64,000 nucleotides of DNA, taken from NCBI GenBank assembly GCA_010093745.1, contig MU005966.1, forward strand, positions 193,628 to 257,627. Reading direction: 5' to 3'. Position 1 is the first letter of the stretch. Each line of letters starts with the position of its first letter. Below the pieces are notes generated by a model that was not told where the DNA came from, did no database searches, and saw only the letters and a list, made by a program, of their open reading frames with translations. The DNA is from Piedraia hortae CBS 480.64 (taxonomy: Eukaryota). Below, piece after piece: positions 45,982 through 57,078 of this stretch. The position numbers and the translations under genes were made by a program.

Positions 45982-48900
45982 ATGGCGTTTTCTCCCGCGC
46001 CCATGGGCGATCCGTTTGCGGCGCCGGCGATAGGGACGTCGCATCGCTACTCACTTGATCCCAAGCAGCTGTCGGCTTACTCGGGAGGCGCGCCTTCGCA
46101 GGCTAAACGCGCCCTGGAAGCCCATCTAAAGGATACAGAGCGACGAATTCAAGATGCATCACGGCTCGGGACAACGCTGGTGCAGCAGCGCAAGGAATTG
46201 TTGGCGCGCATTCAAGATGTGGAGGGAGTACAGAACGAGGGCGAAATGCCGCCAGACCTGCGCAAGAAGCTCGCCGATCTGGAGCGCGAATACAATGAGG
46301 TTGGCAGGGAATCAGCCCGCGCTTTTCTGCCCAAGACGCGCGCGTCGGCTGACTTTTCGGCGCAGACGGTGTTGTCTGGCCAGTCGCGGGAGTCGCCAAC
46401 CAAGGTGTCAGCGCCCAACCGGCGGCAGCGCAACATTACAAGCAACCGCAACCATGACATTGAGTTTGCCGCCGAGATCAGCACGTCGCTGCTGGCCCAG
46501 GTGCGGCAGCTGCAGGCGGCGCTGGCGGGAAAGGAGGAGCAGCTGCGCGACACAGCAGCGGCCAATGCACAGCTGGAGGCAGACGGCGTGACCATGATGC
46601 AGCGGATCAAGCACCTGAACGAGGTTGAGGAACGCTTCAAGGACGAAAACTGGAATCTGGAGGTGAAGCTGCAGGAGCTCGAGGCTGTCAACCGGGACTT
46701 GCTGGATAAGCAGAGCCGGATGAACATGTCGCTCAAGACTCTGCGGGACGAGAAAGCAGATGTCCAGCGCGATCTAGAGGAGCTCAAGGTGTCGCACGAA
46801 CGCGCCGGCGAAGAGCATGCTGCGACGCGGAAGCAGCAGGAGACGGAGCTCAACGGCCTCCGACGGGACGTGGCCGCCCAGCAGAATGAGCGACGGACAA
46901 TGGCCAAGAAGATCGAAGAACTGACGAGCCAAAATGCCGACCTCGCCCGCGCCGTGTCGATGCGGTGGATGGAGCCCAGCATGGCCGAACAATCCGACTT
47001 TGTGTCAGCCGCCGAGGATCACGATAGCGATGACGTGACGCCGGAGCCGTCGGAGCCCGCGTCGCCCGTCAAGATGACGCCGCGCCACGGTATGCTGGAG
47101 TCGGAGACGCTGCGGTCCAGCCTCAATCACGCCCACCGCATGATCCAGAACCTCAAGAACAACATCCACCGCGAGAAGACGGAGAAGTTGGAGCTCAAGC
47201 GCCTGTTGCAGGATGCCCGTGACGAGCTCGAGACCAAGAGGGCTGATTTGGCCGGCATCCGCTCGCCGAAGACCAGGGGACGCAGGGCCGATGCGGACAG
47301 ATTCAAGAAGCCGCTGCCTTCCAGGCTCGGGGCAGCCAGGCCGACGACGACGGAACTCTTGGATGACGAATGGGAAGAGATGGATGCTGAGCAATCGCCC
47401 ACTCTGTCTCGCGTTGTCTCCACACCAGGCCGGTATAGCGGTGAACCGGAGACGACGGACGCTTTTGAAACCGCCCATGAGATCGATACGGATGAACTCA
47501 CCGAGACTGAGCACGCCGCTGCAGGAAGCCTCCGCCGGACGTCTTCGGCCTCGTCAATGTCGCCTCATCTGCTCGCAAAGAGTCGCTCGTTCATGTCCAC
47601 AGCTTCAACGTCTGCCGACGAAATGGATGACTATCGCAATGCGAAGACGCCGTCCAGAGCTCAGGTTCCCAAGTATCGTCTGCGCATGTCTAGAACCACG
47701 CGAGCGGCCTCTCGTCTGAGCGATCTCATGTCGGATAGCCCCAGTGTGGGACGTGGAAGTCCGTCTTCGGCTGGCGGGACGCCTCGCATGGGCCAGAGCC
47801 TGGGCGATGAGCTGAGCGCTCTTGATGACGAGGAAAGCGTCGATGGCGGCTCTATCCGGGCGGGAAGCAGGCCTCAGACCCCTAGCAAGGCGGCTGCCGT
47901 TAGAACATCTTACGTGGATGCCGGAGTGATGACAGAGCCAGAGACACAGGCCGGAGCAGCCGTTTCTGGATCAAAGACAGTGTCTCAGGAAGGCCTTCGC
48001 TATTCCGAAACATTGACACAGCACACAGAGCCTGTCAGCAAGGCCTTGCCCCTGTTGGCATTCTCTGGACTGCTTGCCCAAGACCGCGAACCTGTCCAAG
48101 AGACCATTCCATTGGCATATTCTGCAACGCTTGCCCAGGAGTCTGAACCTACTAAAGAAGCTGTGCCTACCCTCGACTACTCTGAAAGCGTTGCGCAGGA
48201 AAGCAAACCCATCAAGGAAGAGCCGGTGCCGCTGTCCTACTCTCAAACAATCGTCCTAGAGACCAAGCCAATTGAGCAATCTCGTCGCATACCTCTGCAG
48301 TACTCGGACAAGGTTGCTCTGGAAAGCAGGCCACTGTCGCCGCCACGGAGAAACCGCGATTCCATCTTCGGGCCGCTGTTGCAAGCGTCATCCAGAGAGG
48401 TTCGAATGCCTGTATATGGCTCTGAACTGGAGATGGAGCCGGCCAGAGACCTCCAGCAAGAGTCCGCAAGCAGTTCCAAGCTGGAAACGGAGCAGAAGCC
48501 GTTGGAATACGTTGTGGCTTCGGGCATCGAGACTGTGCCAATCAAAGAGGCTCAGAGGCCGCTGCAGTTTGCTCGTGGATGCGCCATGGAGACGCAGCCC
48601 ATGGAGCCCCAGCACAATTTGCAATACATTCGAGGTATGGACCAGGACACGGCACCTGTATCGCCTCTTCACTCTCTGCAGTTTGCTCGTAAAGTGGCTC
48701 AAGATACCGAGCCCATAGCGCCCGACATGAAATTTTCTCGGACACTTGTCCAAGATACAGAGCCTGAGTCTCCGCAGAAGCCAACCATGATGTACTCTGG
48801 AACAGCGGCTCTCGAGACGATGCCAATATCTCCAGGGAAGCCGTCGTTGGGTCGTTCGGGAATCAATGTGCTAGAAACGATGCCAGTATCGCCAGAGAAG

Positions 48901-50899
48901 GCGCCCATGGCCTATTCCGGGTTCAGCATTCAAGACACGGAGCCTGTGGCCCCAGAGAAGCCGTCTTTGTCGTATTCTGCAACGAGAACTTTGGAGACGA
49001 TGCCGGTGTCCTCAAGGAGGACTTTGTTGAGTGGTCCGTTGGGCACAGGCCTGCCGCAGGTCGTTCGATCGTTGCAACAGGCTCGTGAAGAAGCTGTGCC
49101 GCAGGAAGCAGAGCCGGTTTCAAGACATGCACCTCAGGAGCCAAACTCCCTGCCCCCTGCCGCTCCCCTTCAGACGTTGGACCCAACAGAGACCTTTTAC
49201 TCCCGCACGCTGAGGGAGGGCTCTTCTACCGCCCCAGATACGCCCAGAAGAGGCTCCATGAGGCTGAACACGGCAAGCACCGAGAATTCGAGCAGCGTCC
49301 CGGCCACGCCTGTTCTCAAGCACAAAGGTCGTTCATCCATTGCGCATCGTGGAAATTTGGCGTCGCCCATTTTCATGGATGAGAACGTTCATGAGCCAAT
49401 GGAGCTCCGTGGCGCACCGCGCGAGCCGCTGGGAAGCATCTCACCCAACGCCATCGACAGTAGACGGGGCAAAGCATCTCGAAAGAAGCCCGTCGTCGAT
49501 GAAGGCTCTCAGACGTTAATATCTGGAGCTGAACTTGATGAGTTGCTGCGTAACAAACCGAGGAATGCCTCGGTTGCGAGTAGCTCTCAACCGCGACCGG
49601 ATGGGCTGTCAACCAGTGAAGCGGCACTGCTGTCACGGGGAATCAGCCGTCCATCGAGCGTGAACAGTCTTCGCAACCGCAGTGTGCCTCCAGTTCCCAA
49701 GCTCAACACTCAAAAGGGCGCAATGGGACCACCTCTGATGCCCGCATCGGCTTACCGACCCCCGAGTCGAAACGCTGCAGAGACCAAGATATCACGGGAT
49801 GGAGTACGCGCAAAGGACGCGGCTCGACTGGTGCCCAGTCCTGTTGGAGTGTCGGCCAAATCGTCCATCTCATCCTTTGCCTCTGAAGTGGACGAACGTT
49901 TCCGCAGCCGCGAGAGCGGCATCTACCAGCCTGGTTCGGAGCAGCCTCAGTCAACAGATCCCAAGATGATCCAGGCCATCACGCAGACCATGATTGGGGA
50001 ATATCTGTGGAAGTACACTCGCAAAACGGCCCGCAACGAAGTCTCCAACACACGTCACCGACGCTTCTTCTGGGTGCACCCCTACACGAGAACGCTGTAC
50101 TGGAGCGAGAAAGACCCTTCGTCTGCCGGCCGCAACATGCTAAAGGCGAAGAGCATGGCCATCCAGGCCGTACGCGTAGTGCAAGACGACAACCCCCATC
50201 CTCCAGGTCTACACCAAAAATCCATCGTTGTCATTACCCCAGGGCGAGAAATCATCTTCACAACGCCCAGCAGCCAACGACACGAGACATGGTTCAACGC
50301 GCTCAACTACCTCCTCCTCCGCACCGACCACGGCGAAGAAGTCGAAGAGGACGAAGACGTCGACGAGTTCCGTCCAACAGGCCACTTCAACATCCGCCAA
50401 AGCCTCAGCCGGGTAACCCGAAACAACAATCGTCAAAGTCTATCATCCTACAACTCCCGCACGACCTACAACAGTTCCCAACAACAACAACAACCCTCTC
50501 TAGCAGGCGATCGCGCAACCGCAGCTTCGCCAAACCGCTTCAGCAGCATCAGGAGCAAATTCCGCACCCCCCAGAATCGTTTCCCCGTAGACAGCGAAAC
50601 CACAGAGGGGGTCTTCAATGCCCGTCCCGTGCCTCCAGCCGATTCGGCCGAAGACCTCCGTGCCGTGATTGAATCACAGGAGCGGAATCGCGATGCGGTC
50701 GAGAACGTGCGTGCGTGCTGTGATGGTAAGTAGATATTTCCCTGTACCATTCTGAGCTTTTGTCGCTTTTTGTGATGTTTTGTTCTGACGTTTTGGTAAA
50801 GGGAAACACGATGTCGGTTCGTTGTCGAGAAGATCGGGCTCGACGCTGGGGTTTAGAATGAGTCAGCATTCGCATGGACATGGGACGATTAGGAGATGA
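45982..50899 (+). CDS. NUM1: Cortical dynein anchor Num1/ApsA (coiled coil, repeats, C-terminal PH domain)
   Basis: HDIEFAAEISTSLLAQVRQLQA coiled coil; PH domain AITQTMIGEYLWKYTRK...RHRRFFWVHPYTRTLYWS. Intron 50726-50801 restores ENVRACCDGKHDVG; stop at 50897-50899. Confidence 0.92.
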
Positions 50900-51436
50900 T
50901 GCATCTTTTTCTGTGTTTTTTTTTTTTTTTTTTTTTGGGTTAGTTGTGGTATTGGGTATTCGAACCTTCTTCTTTTTCTTTTCCGTTCAGGTTTTGTTCC
51001 TGGGGTGGGGATGGTTTCGCTTTTTGGACTTCTGCGTGACTGTGTCGGGTTTGATGTTGTTGCTTCGTTTGTAGGGTCTCTAGGTGATTGTTTTGGCTGT
51101 TGTTCTGGCATTCCTCCAGCTGTGGTATGGGCGGATGTTTGGTGAGGTTTTGAGAGGGAACCGTGGAATTCAAGGTTCTTTGGCACAACACGAGTGTAGT
51201 TGTGGAGGGAAGTATGTTCACCCCTAAACGTTTCGCCTCGGGATAGAAAAACAAAACGATCTTCGTCCTGGAAGAAAACTGACATTGGTCTAAACCGCTA
51301 TTCCCACTTTCTATCCTTCATCCACCCTAAAACCTATCACGTGCCCTTCTCCTCACAGTAAACCTTCAAACACCGTAACTATCCTGCCCTAACCCAACCA
51401 ACTCCCCACCTCAAATCCCCCCTCCCTTGTCCCCCA

Positions 51437-52396
51437 TCACGGCCCCAACACCCACCTAACAATACACAATATCCCATTATCGGGACACACCGTGTCCCTC
51501 TTTAAATCCTTATCCCACGGCCCCGTCGGACCATCCGTCCATTTGCACAACTGGGTAATCCCAAGCGGACAATCCTGCCCCCTAAACCCCTCCTCATATT
51601 TCCTATCCCCCCACCGCCCTCTAAACCCCAAAAACCCTACCGTCTCCCCACTAAACCCCCCAGTCGCAGCATCAAACTCTGCGTAGTAACCCCCCACGGT
51701 AGGGTCAAACCTCGCCCCCTTCCCCGTATGATCCACCACTACCCCAGCCGGGAGATTCAAATCGGGAATCGCATGGTCATGCGTCCCCGTAACCGCATAA
51801 TTCGCATGCGTCCCATTCGCGATATACACGACGGGTCTAACACCTTCTTTTTCGAGGGTGTTGTAGTAGAATGCTTCGCCGTTAGCGTGCTGGCTAAGCC
51901 AGACTTGGGTGGGTGTGGCGTTGACAAAGCGGATCATGACGTGCTCCCAGTCACCGACGTGGTTGCCGATGTTGTGACCTAGGTAGATCCCGCCGTAGTC
52001 GAGGCTGTAGAAGGTAAAGTAGTATGCGTCGATGGTGGTAGGGTTGCTTTGCGGGTGGGTGGTGATGATGACGGAGGATTGGTGGGCGGTGAGACTGCCG
52101 TGCTCCCATGCGTTTTGGGGGGAGGTGAAGAGGGTAGGGTCGCTTCGCGAGGTGAGGTATACGTCTCCGCTGAGGGTGTTGAGGTTGGTGGGGGTTAGAG
52201 GGTTGGGTGAGGGGATGGGTGTGTTGTTTTTGTAGGGGATTACGTTGAGGAGGTGCGTGGATATGTCGGATGGGAGGAATTTTTCGTCGGGGTGGAGGTA
52301 GTGGATTGGTGCGTAGGTTAGGACGTAGGGGGGTGGGGTTACTGCTGCTGTGAGGCTGGCTACGCTGGCGAGAAGGGGGAGAGTGGTTGGACGCAT
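51437..52396 (-). CDS. Vps62-like (DUF946) protein with a signal peptide
   Basis: YAPIHYLHPDEKFLPSD, GNHVGDWEHVMIRF, RPVVYIANGTHANY, FRGRWGD, GPTGP. Confidence 0.85.
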   Translation of the reverse strand: MRPTTLPLLASVASLTAAVTPPPYVLTYAPIHYLHPDEKFLPSDISTHLLNVIPYKNNTPIPSPNPLTPTNLNTLSGDVYLTSRSDPTLFTSPQNAWEHGSLTAHQSSVIITTHPQSNPTTIDAYYFTFYSLDYGGIYLGHNIGNHVGDWEHVMIRFVNATPTQVWLSQHANGEAFYYNTLEKEGVRPVVYIANGTHANYAVTGTHDHAIPDLNLPAGVVVDHTGKGARFDPTVGGYYAEFDAATGGFSGETVGFLGFRGRWGDRKYEEGFRGQDCPLGITQLCKWTDGPTGPWDKDLKRDTVCPDNGILCIVRWVLGP

Positions 52397-53009
52397 GCTT
52401 GGCTGATGGTTTTTTGAGTTATGGTTCCCTCTTGGGCATTGTGAGAAAGGTTATCTGGTGCCCTCCCCGCTTTATACATGCTTGAAGCATTGTGGCGTTC
52501 GTTCGTTTTCGTCCGCGTGGCTGTCGGATGCATGGTTGGAAAGTGAAAACTTGGAACGCCCGTTGTCACGAGTCCGAGATCCGGATGACGACTTCGTCAT
52601 GGAAGTCAATGTGCTGACCAGAATGTCCCTCTGGTTCGAGATCACATTTTGGTATCTTTCTTTACGCCGAAAAAGTCGATGAACTTCCATCTACCGAGGT
52701 ACAAAAAATGTCCAAGCCCACGTGCGAAACTGCCGGTACCTGATTGGCGTCTTGGCATGCGCACCAAAGGATCAGCACTTACTTACGATGCAGAACACAA
52801 AGCATCTTCGCAAGCCCCCGATTAAGACGCAGCCAGAGGTGTGAGAATCGGTAGGGTTGCAGTAAGGCCTGCTGCTTCCTGTCCAGTATTGCGCGGAAGT
52901 GCGAACGACTTGCTATGCCTTTATCTGACGTGACCGGATGCGGTTTGTATTTGGCAACTTTCATGATACATGTCCTCGTCCACTACATATACTACTCTCA
53001 TGACACAGC

Positions 53010-54015
53010 CTAGGCAAAGATTGGGAGGGGAACACCGTACTACAACTGTCAGCTGGAGAACCAAAAGGGACATAAAACTTACATTCAACGGATTGTTAAA
53101 CCTCAATCCCTTGTCCAGGGCTGTAATCTTCTTCAATTCTTCATCGCTGAGATCAAAGTTGCACACCTCCAAGTTCTGCTTCAAACGTGAAGCGTTGTTG
53201 CTCTTGGGAATGACAGCAACTCCACGTTGCGTAGCCCAGCGCAGTAGGACTTGCGCAGGGGTCTTGTCGTGCTTGCCAGCAACGGACTTGATCACATCAT
53301 GCTCAAAGAGGGTTGGCGTATCATGTGCGGATTTCATATTCATCTCAAGGAAGGATTGCGGACCAAACGACGAGTAGGCCGTTACGGCGATGTCGCGAGA
53401 CTTGCACAGGTCTAGGAGATCCTTCTGGACAAGGTACGGGTGGTGCTCGATTTGCAAAGTCTGCGGCATCACCTTGGCATAACGTTCCAAATCAAGGATC
53501 AGGGCAGCGTTGTAGTTGCTTATACCAATGGATTTGATAAGACCCTCTTTCTGCAGTTCTTCCATGGCATGGTATGTCTCTTCGAGCGAAGCCTTGCTCA
53601 ACTCGACCTTTCCGTCCTTGTTGAAGAAACCAGGCGGGTATTTCTCAGAAAAGTCGACATACTTCAACGCGATAGGGAAGTGGATAATGAAGAGGTCAAA
53701 GTGGTCAATGCCCCAGTCCTTTAACTGCCTCTGACACGCAGGCTTAACCCTGTCCTTGTCATGGAATGTGTTCCAAAGTTTTGACACGATGAAAAGATCT
53801 TCACGCTTGACTATTCCATCATCAATGGCCCTCTTGACGCCCTGACCAGCCTCTTTTTCGTTTCCGTAGTCACAGGCTCCGTCTAAAAGTCTGTATCCGG
53901 TCTTGATGGCGTTGTAGACCTGGTCAGCACAAGTGTCGTTGTTGACCTTCCAGAGACCGAAGCCCACAACGGGCATTTGTATGCCATTATTCAACTTCAC
54001 CGTTGGAGCAGTCAT
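53010..54015 (-). CDS. XYL1: NAD(P)H-dependent xylose reductase (aldo-keto reductase, AKR2B)
   Basis: [38 protein letters not shown]. Intron 53040-53082 gives the end [15 protein letters not shown]. Confidence 0.93.
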
Positions 54016-54073
54016 TGTTGAGTGATGCAGATTTTCCGAGCTCAGCACGTTTGACCCCTCTATGACGCTGCAT

Positions 54074-54081
54074 TGACGTCA
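54074..54081. promoter_or_regulatory. Perfect CRE/ATF palindrome TGACGTCA upstream of xylose reductase
   Basis: Exact consensus about 60 bp upstream of the XYL1 ATG; function is inferred only. Confidence 0.35.
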
Positions 54082-54211
54082 GTATCATCAGATTAGGGTT
54101 ATTGGTTTCCGGAAAAACTTTGGATTCGTTACCAAACTGTAGCTAGGTCTTTTTGTCGTACTCATACACTTCCGGATGCCACAACTCCTTTGATTTGTAA
54201 TGACGCGCCCA

Positions 54212-54689
54212 TCATGAGAACCTTTTGGTGATCTTGGCCATGACTGCTATTGTTAGCTTGTTTCCAAGTGCAGATAGAATTGCTTACTATGCAAAGCAAC
54301 AACGCTGATGATGAAACCAATGGACAGCATCATGACAACAAAAGGATCGACTTTCAAACCGGGAGATTCATCCGTGTATAGTCCTTGGCGTGCGTTAGCA
54401 TTTCCATATTCCTTGCTAGTCTAGCAAACTTACTCAACATTGTACTGCTACTTCCTCCAGCCCCAGCAGCGCGTGTAGAAGCCGGACGGGCATTTGCGAC
54501 CTTGGCATCGCGGTCAGCAGCTGCTTTGCGTCGTATGGCCGTAGCGGGGCCACCGGGAGGTTTGGGCGAGGATGGGCGAGCGCCTGTTGTCGTAGCCGTC
54601 GATGACTGGGCATTTGCAGGAGATGAGGGGCGAGGCGATGCCTTGAAACGTTAGAATGGCTTCGCCCTGTAAATATTCATACTAACCAT
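54212..54689 (-). CDS. SBH1: Sec61 translocon beta subunit (missed by the ORF track)
   Basis: Four exons (introns 54642-54686, 54384-54433, 54244-54287) give ...RAAGAGGSSSTMLRLYTDESPGLKVDPFVVMMLSIGFIISVVALHIMAKITKRFS. Confidence 0.95.
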
Positions 54690-54931
54690 CGTGCGCGTGT
54701 TGTCGATTGCGAATAAGGACAGCTGGTGTCAGACAGACAGAAAGGGCTCGGCCCGAACCGAGCTTGGCATTAAGTTCACACTACCCATTCCAGCCCTTCT
54801 ACCTATGCCCACATACAGACCCATAAACGCCATGTTGCTTTTCCTCCAGACTCCAATGCCTCCCCACGCTTCACAGTCAGAGATATAAACACACCAGCAA
54901 TGCACAAGCACCCAATTCATTGCTTCAAAAG

Positions 54932-55960
54932 TCAACCCCAAACGGACGGCTGCATGGCGGCGCTCCAAACGTTGGCATTCCCAGGCCAGTTTGGTAGGCC
55001 AAGACCGGCATCTTTGATGGAAGGCTCACGGTTTTTCTCGGCATTGAACCCGTTGTTCAGAGAAGACGATGCCGCACCCTTGCTTATACTACCGCCCTGG
55101 TTTGGCCGGGTGCCGATTGGTGCCACGCCGACAGCACCCTTTTGGACTGGTGCAAGCGGTGGAGATCTTTCCGAAGATGAGATCGAAGTTCGCGCACTCG
55201 GCTGGGCTTCAGTGAGCCTCGAGAGCCCCTGGGGATTCGAGCTCGCTGTTGGTGAGGTCGTGCTCTCTGCAAAAGTATCGTAGAGCAAGGGCGAGTGGGT
55301 GGACGAGGTACGAATGTCTTGACTCTGAGGTCTCGAGCTCATTTCGCCATATAAGCTCCCAGTGTCAGGGTACAAGGCCTTGTGTTGAAGTGCCATCAAT
55401 TTGCGATGACTATCCTCACTCAAAGCATTGGGGCTATCAGATCCATCTGATTGCCCACCCGAAGCAGCTGCGAGACTCGTCATGGATTTGTTTGCCATCG
55501 AAGGAACATACCCATTTCGATTGTACTGCTGCTCTTGGTGATAGTTGCGCAATTCCCTTTCCCTTTGCGCAGCCAAGCGTCGTTTGGCCTGCATCATCTG
55601 ATCGACCTCAGTCGAACGCCCGCTCGGAAAACGTTGCCCTGCGTAGAAGCCTTGTAATCCGGCAGAGTTTGGACGGGCTTCCAACTCGTGCATCGAGGCG
55701 CTCTTAGACGACAAACGTATGTCGCCGTAGTTGTCGTAGCGCATCATCGGAGGCATGAGGTTTCTGCCTCCCGTGCTCACGAGTCCAGGTAGGTGCCATC
55801 TTCCGCTTTTATTCAAGTTGTCCAGAGCTCGTTCGATCTCCTCGAATTGTGCCGCGAATGCATTAGGCTCCCCATGGGAAAATGCATCCGACGGCAATGG
55901 CTGTTGTTCCCAAGATGGCGAACGCGCCACGAGACGGGTGGCATCCGTGTATAGAGACAT
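54932..55960 (-). CDS. Hypothetical low-complexity fungal protein (342 aa)
   Basis: Long ORF with FAAQFEEIERALDNL and QAKRRLAAQRERELRNYHQEQQYNR segments and a VWG end; 5'UTR intron at 55973-56088. Confidence 0.75.
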   Translation of the reverse strand: MSLYTDATRLVARSPSWEQQPLPSDAFSHGEPNAFAAQFEEIERALDNLNKSGRWHLPGLVSTGGRNLMPPMMRYDNYGDIRLSSKSASMHELEARPNSAGLQGFYAGQRFPSGRSTEVDQMMQAKRRLAAQRERELRNYHQEQQYNRNGYVPSMANKSMTSLAAASGGQSDGSDSPNALSEDSHRKLMALQHKALYPDTGSLYGEMSSRPQSQDIRTSSTHSPLLYDTFAESTTSPTASSNPQGLSRLTEAQPSARTSISSSERSPPLAPVQKGAVGVAPIGTRPNQGGSISKGAASSSLNNGFNAEKNREPSIKDAGLGLPNWPGNANVWSAAMQPSVWG

Positions 55961-57078
55961 TTAGGATCCGACCTGCAGGTAAACGAGTCAGCAAAAGGCC
56001 AATCGAACATGGATGATCATCCAAACATGCCTCGCCACCGCACGTGCTGCAGTGTACGCACGAGCCACGATGGGACAAAAACACGTACAAATGCGGAGGG
56101 TGATGGGTGGCCTTTCGAGGGTGGATGTCGGGGAAAACGGGGGGAAAGAACTGTATACAACTCGGGTCGGATCGGTGGACGGGCCGTCACGGGTGGTCAT
56201 AAGCTTTGACCACCCGTGATTGCACCACACACCGATCTGATAACGATTCAACAAGCTCATTGGCCCACAAACCTTGCGAGGAAACTTGACCCAGGCTTGA
56301 ACAGTTGTGATTGGAACAGTTAGTTACAGTACAACGTTCTAAAGAGCGTTTACCAATATACCAAAACGTCAAGCAGAAGCCGCTCCCCGTCTAGTCTGAA
56401 CGAGCGGGGCAAAGCGATCATCCGCCATCGCCGTCTGCAGGATACCCAGCAACGCTAATCACAAACGCATTTGTTGCAGAAAAAGCTCCACATACGGAAA
56501 AGACCTGAGCTGATAATTCAGCTCGAGGGTGGTATCTTTGCTCGTAAAGCGGTTTCAAGTGCACAGTAAAGTGGACACCATGCTTGGTAGTAGATCAAAC
56601 GTGTAAGGAAAACGAAGCGACTCCAGCGAATGGCGATGGTCTGCGAATCCAGCATTTGCCCAAAGCAAGAATGTGTGAATGTTGAATAAGGATGCACTGA
56701 GTTTGCAGTACTGACCCCAGTAGTTCGCAGGTAATCAATCCAATGTTATGACACATCCCATCCCAAAAACACTCATCAGTAGACTCTCGCAGCGCAAATT
56801 TCAGGATGACGGAAACAATCATGCTCTCTCTCCTCCAGCCAATCAACTCTACTCCCATCTAATCATCCTTTCGCAGTTTGTTTGATTTGACAGTTTTGTC
56901 ATCTGGAACTGGTCGCGGAGGGACCACTATCCGGGGACCCGGCAGATCCCGGCAGTCTGGTAAACAACCCCCGACCAACCACACCGGGAACACGTCTCAT
57001 CACGTGGTCGAAACTCACATGTGAGACCCTGTCTCTGCCCCCACCGCTGTCGGCCATGAGCTACAGAGATCGCAAAAC

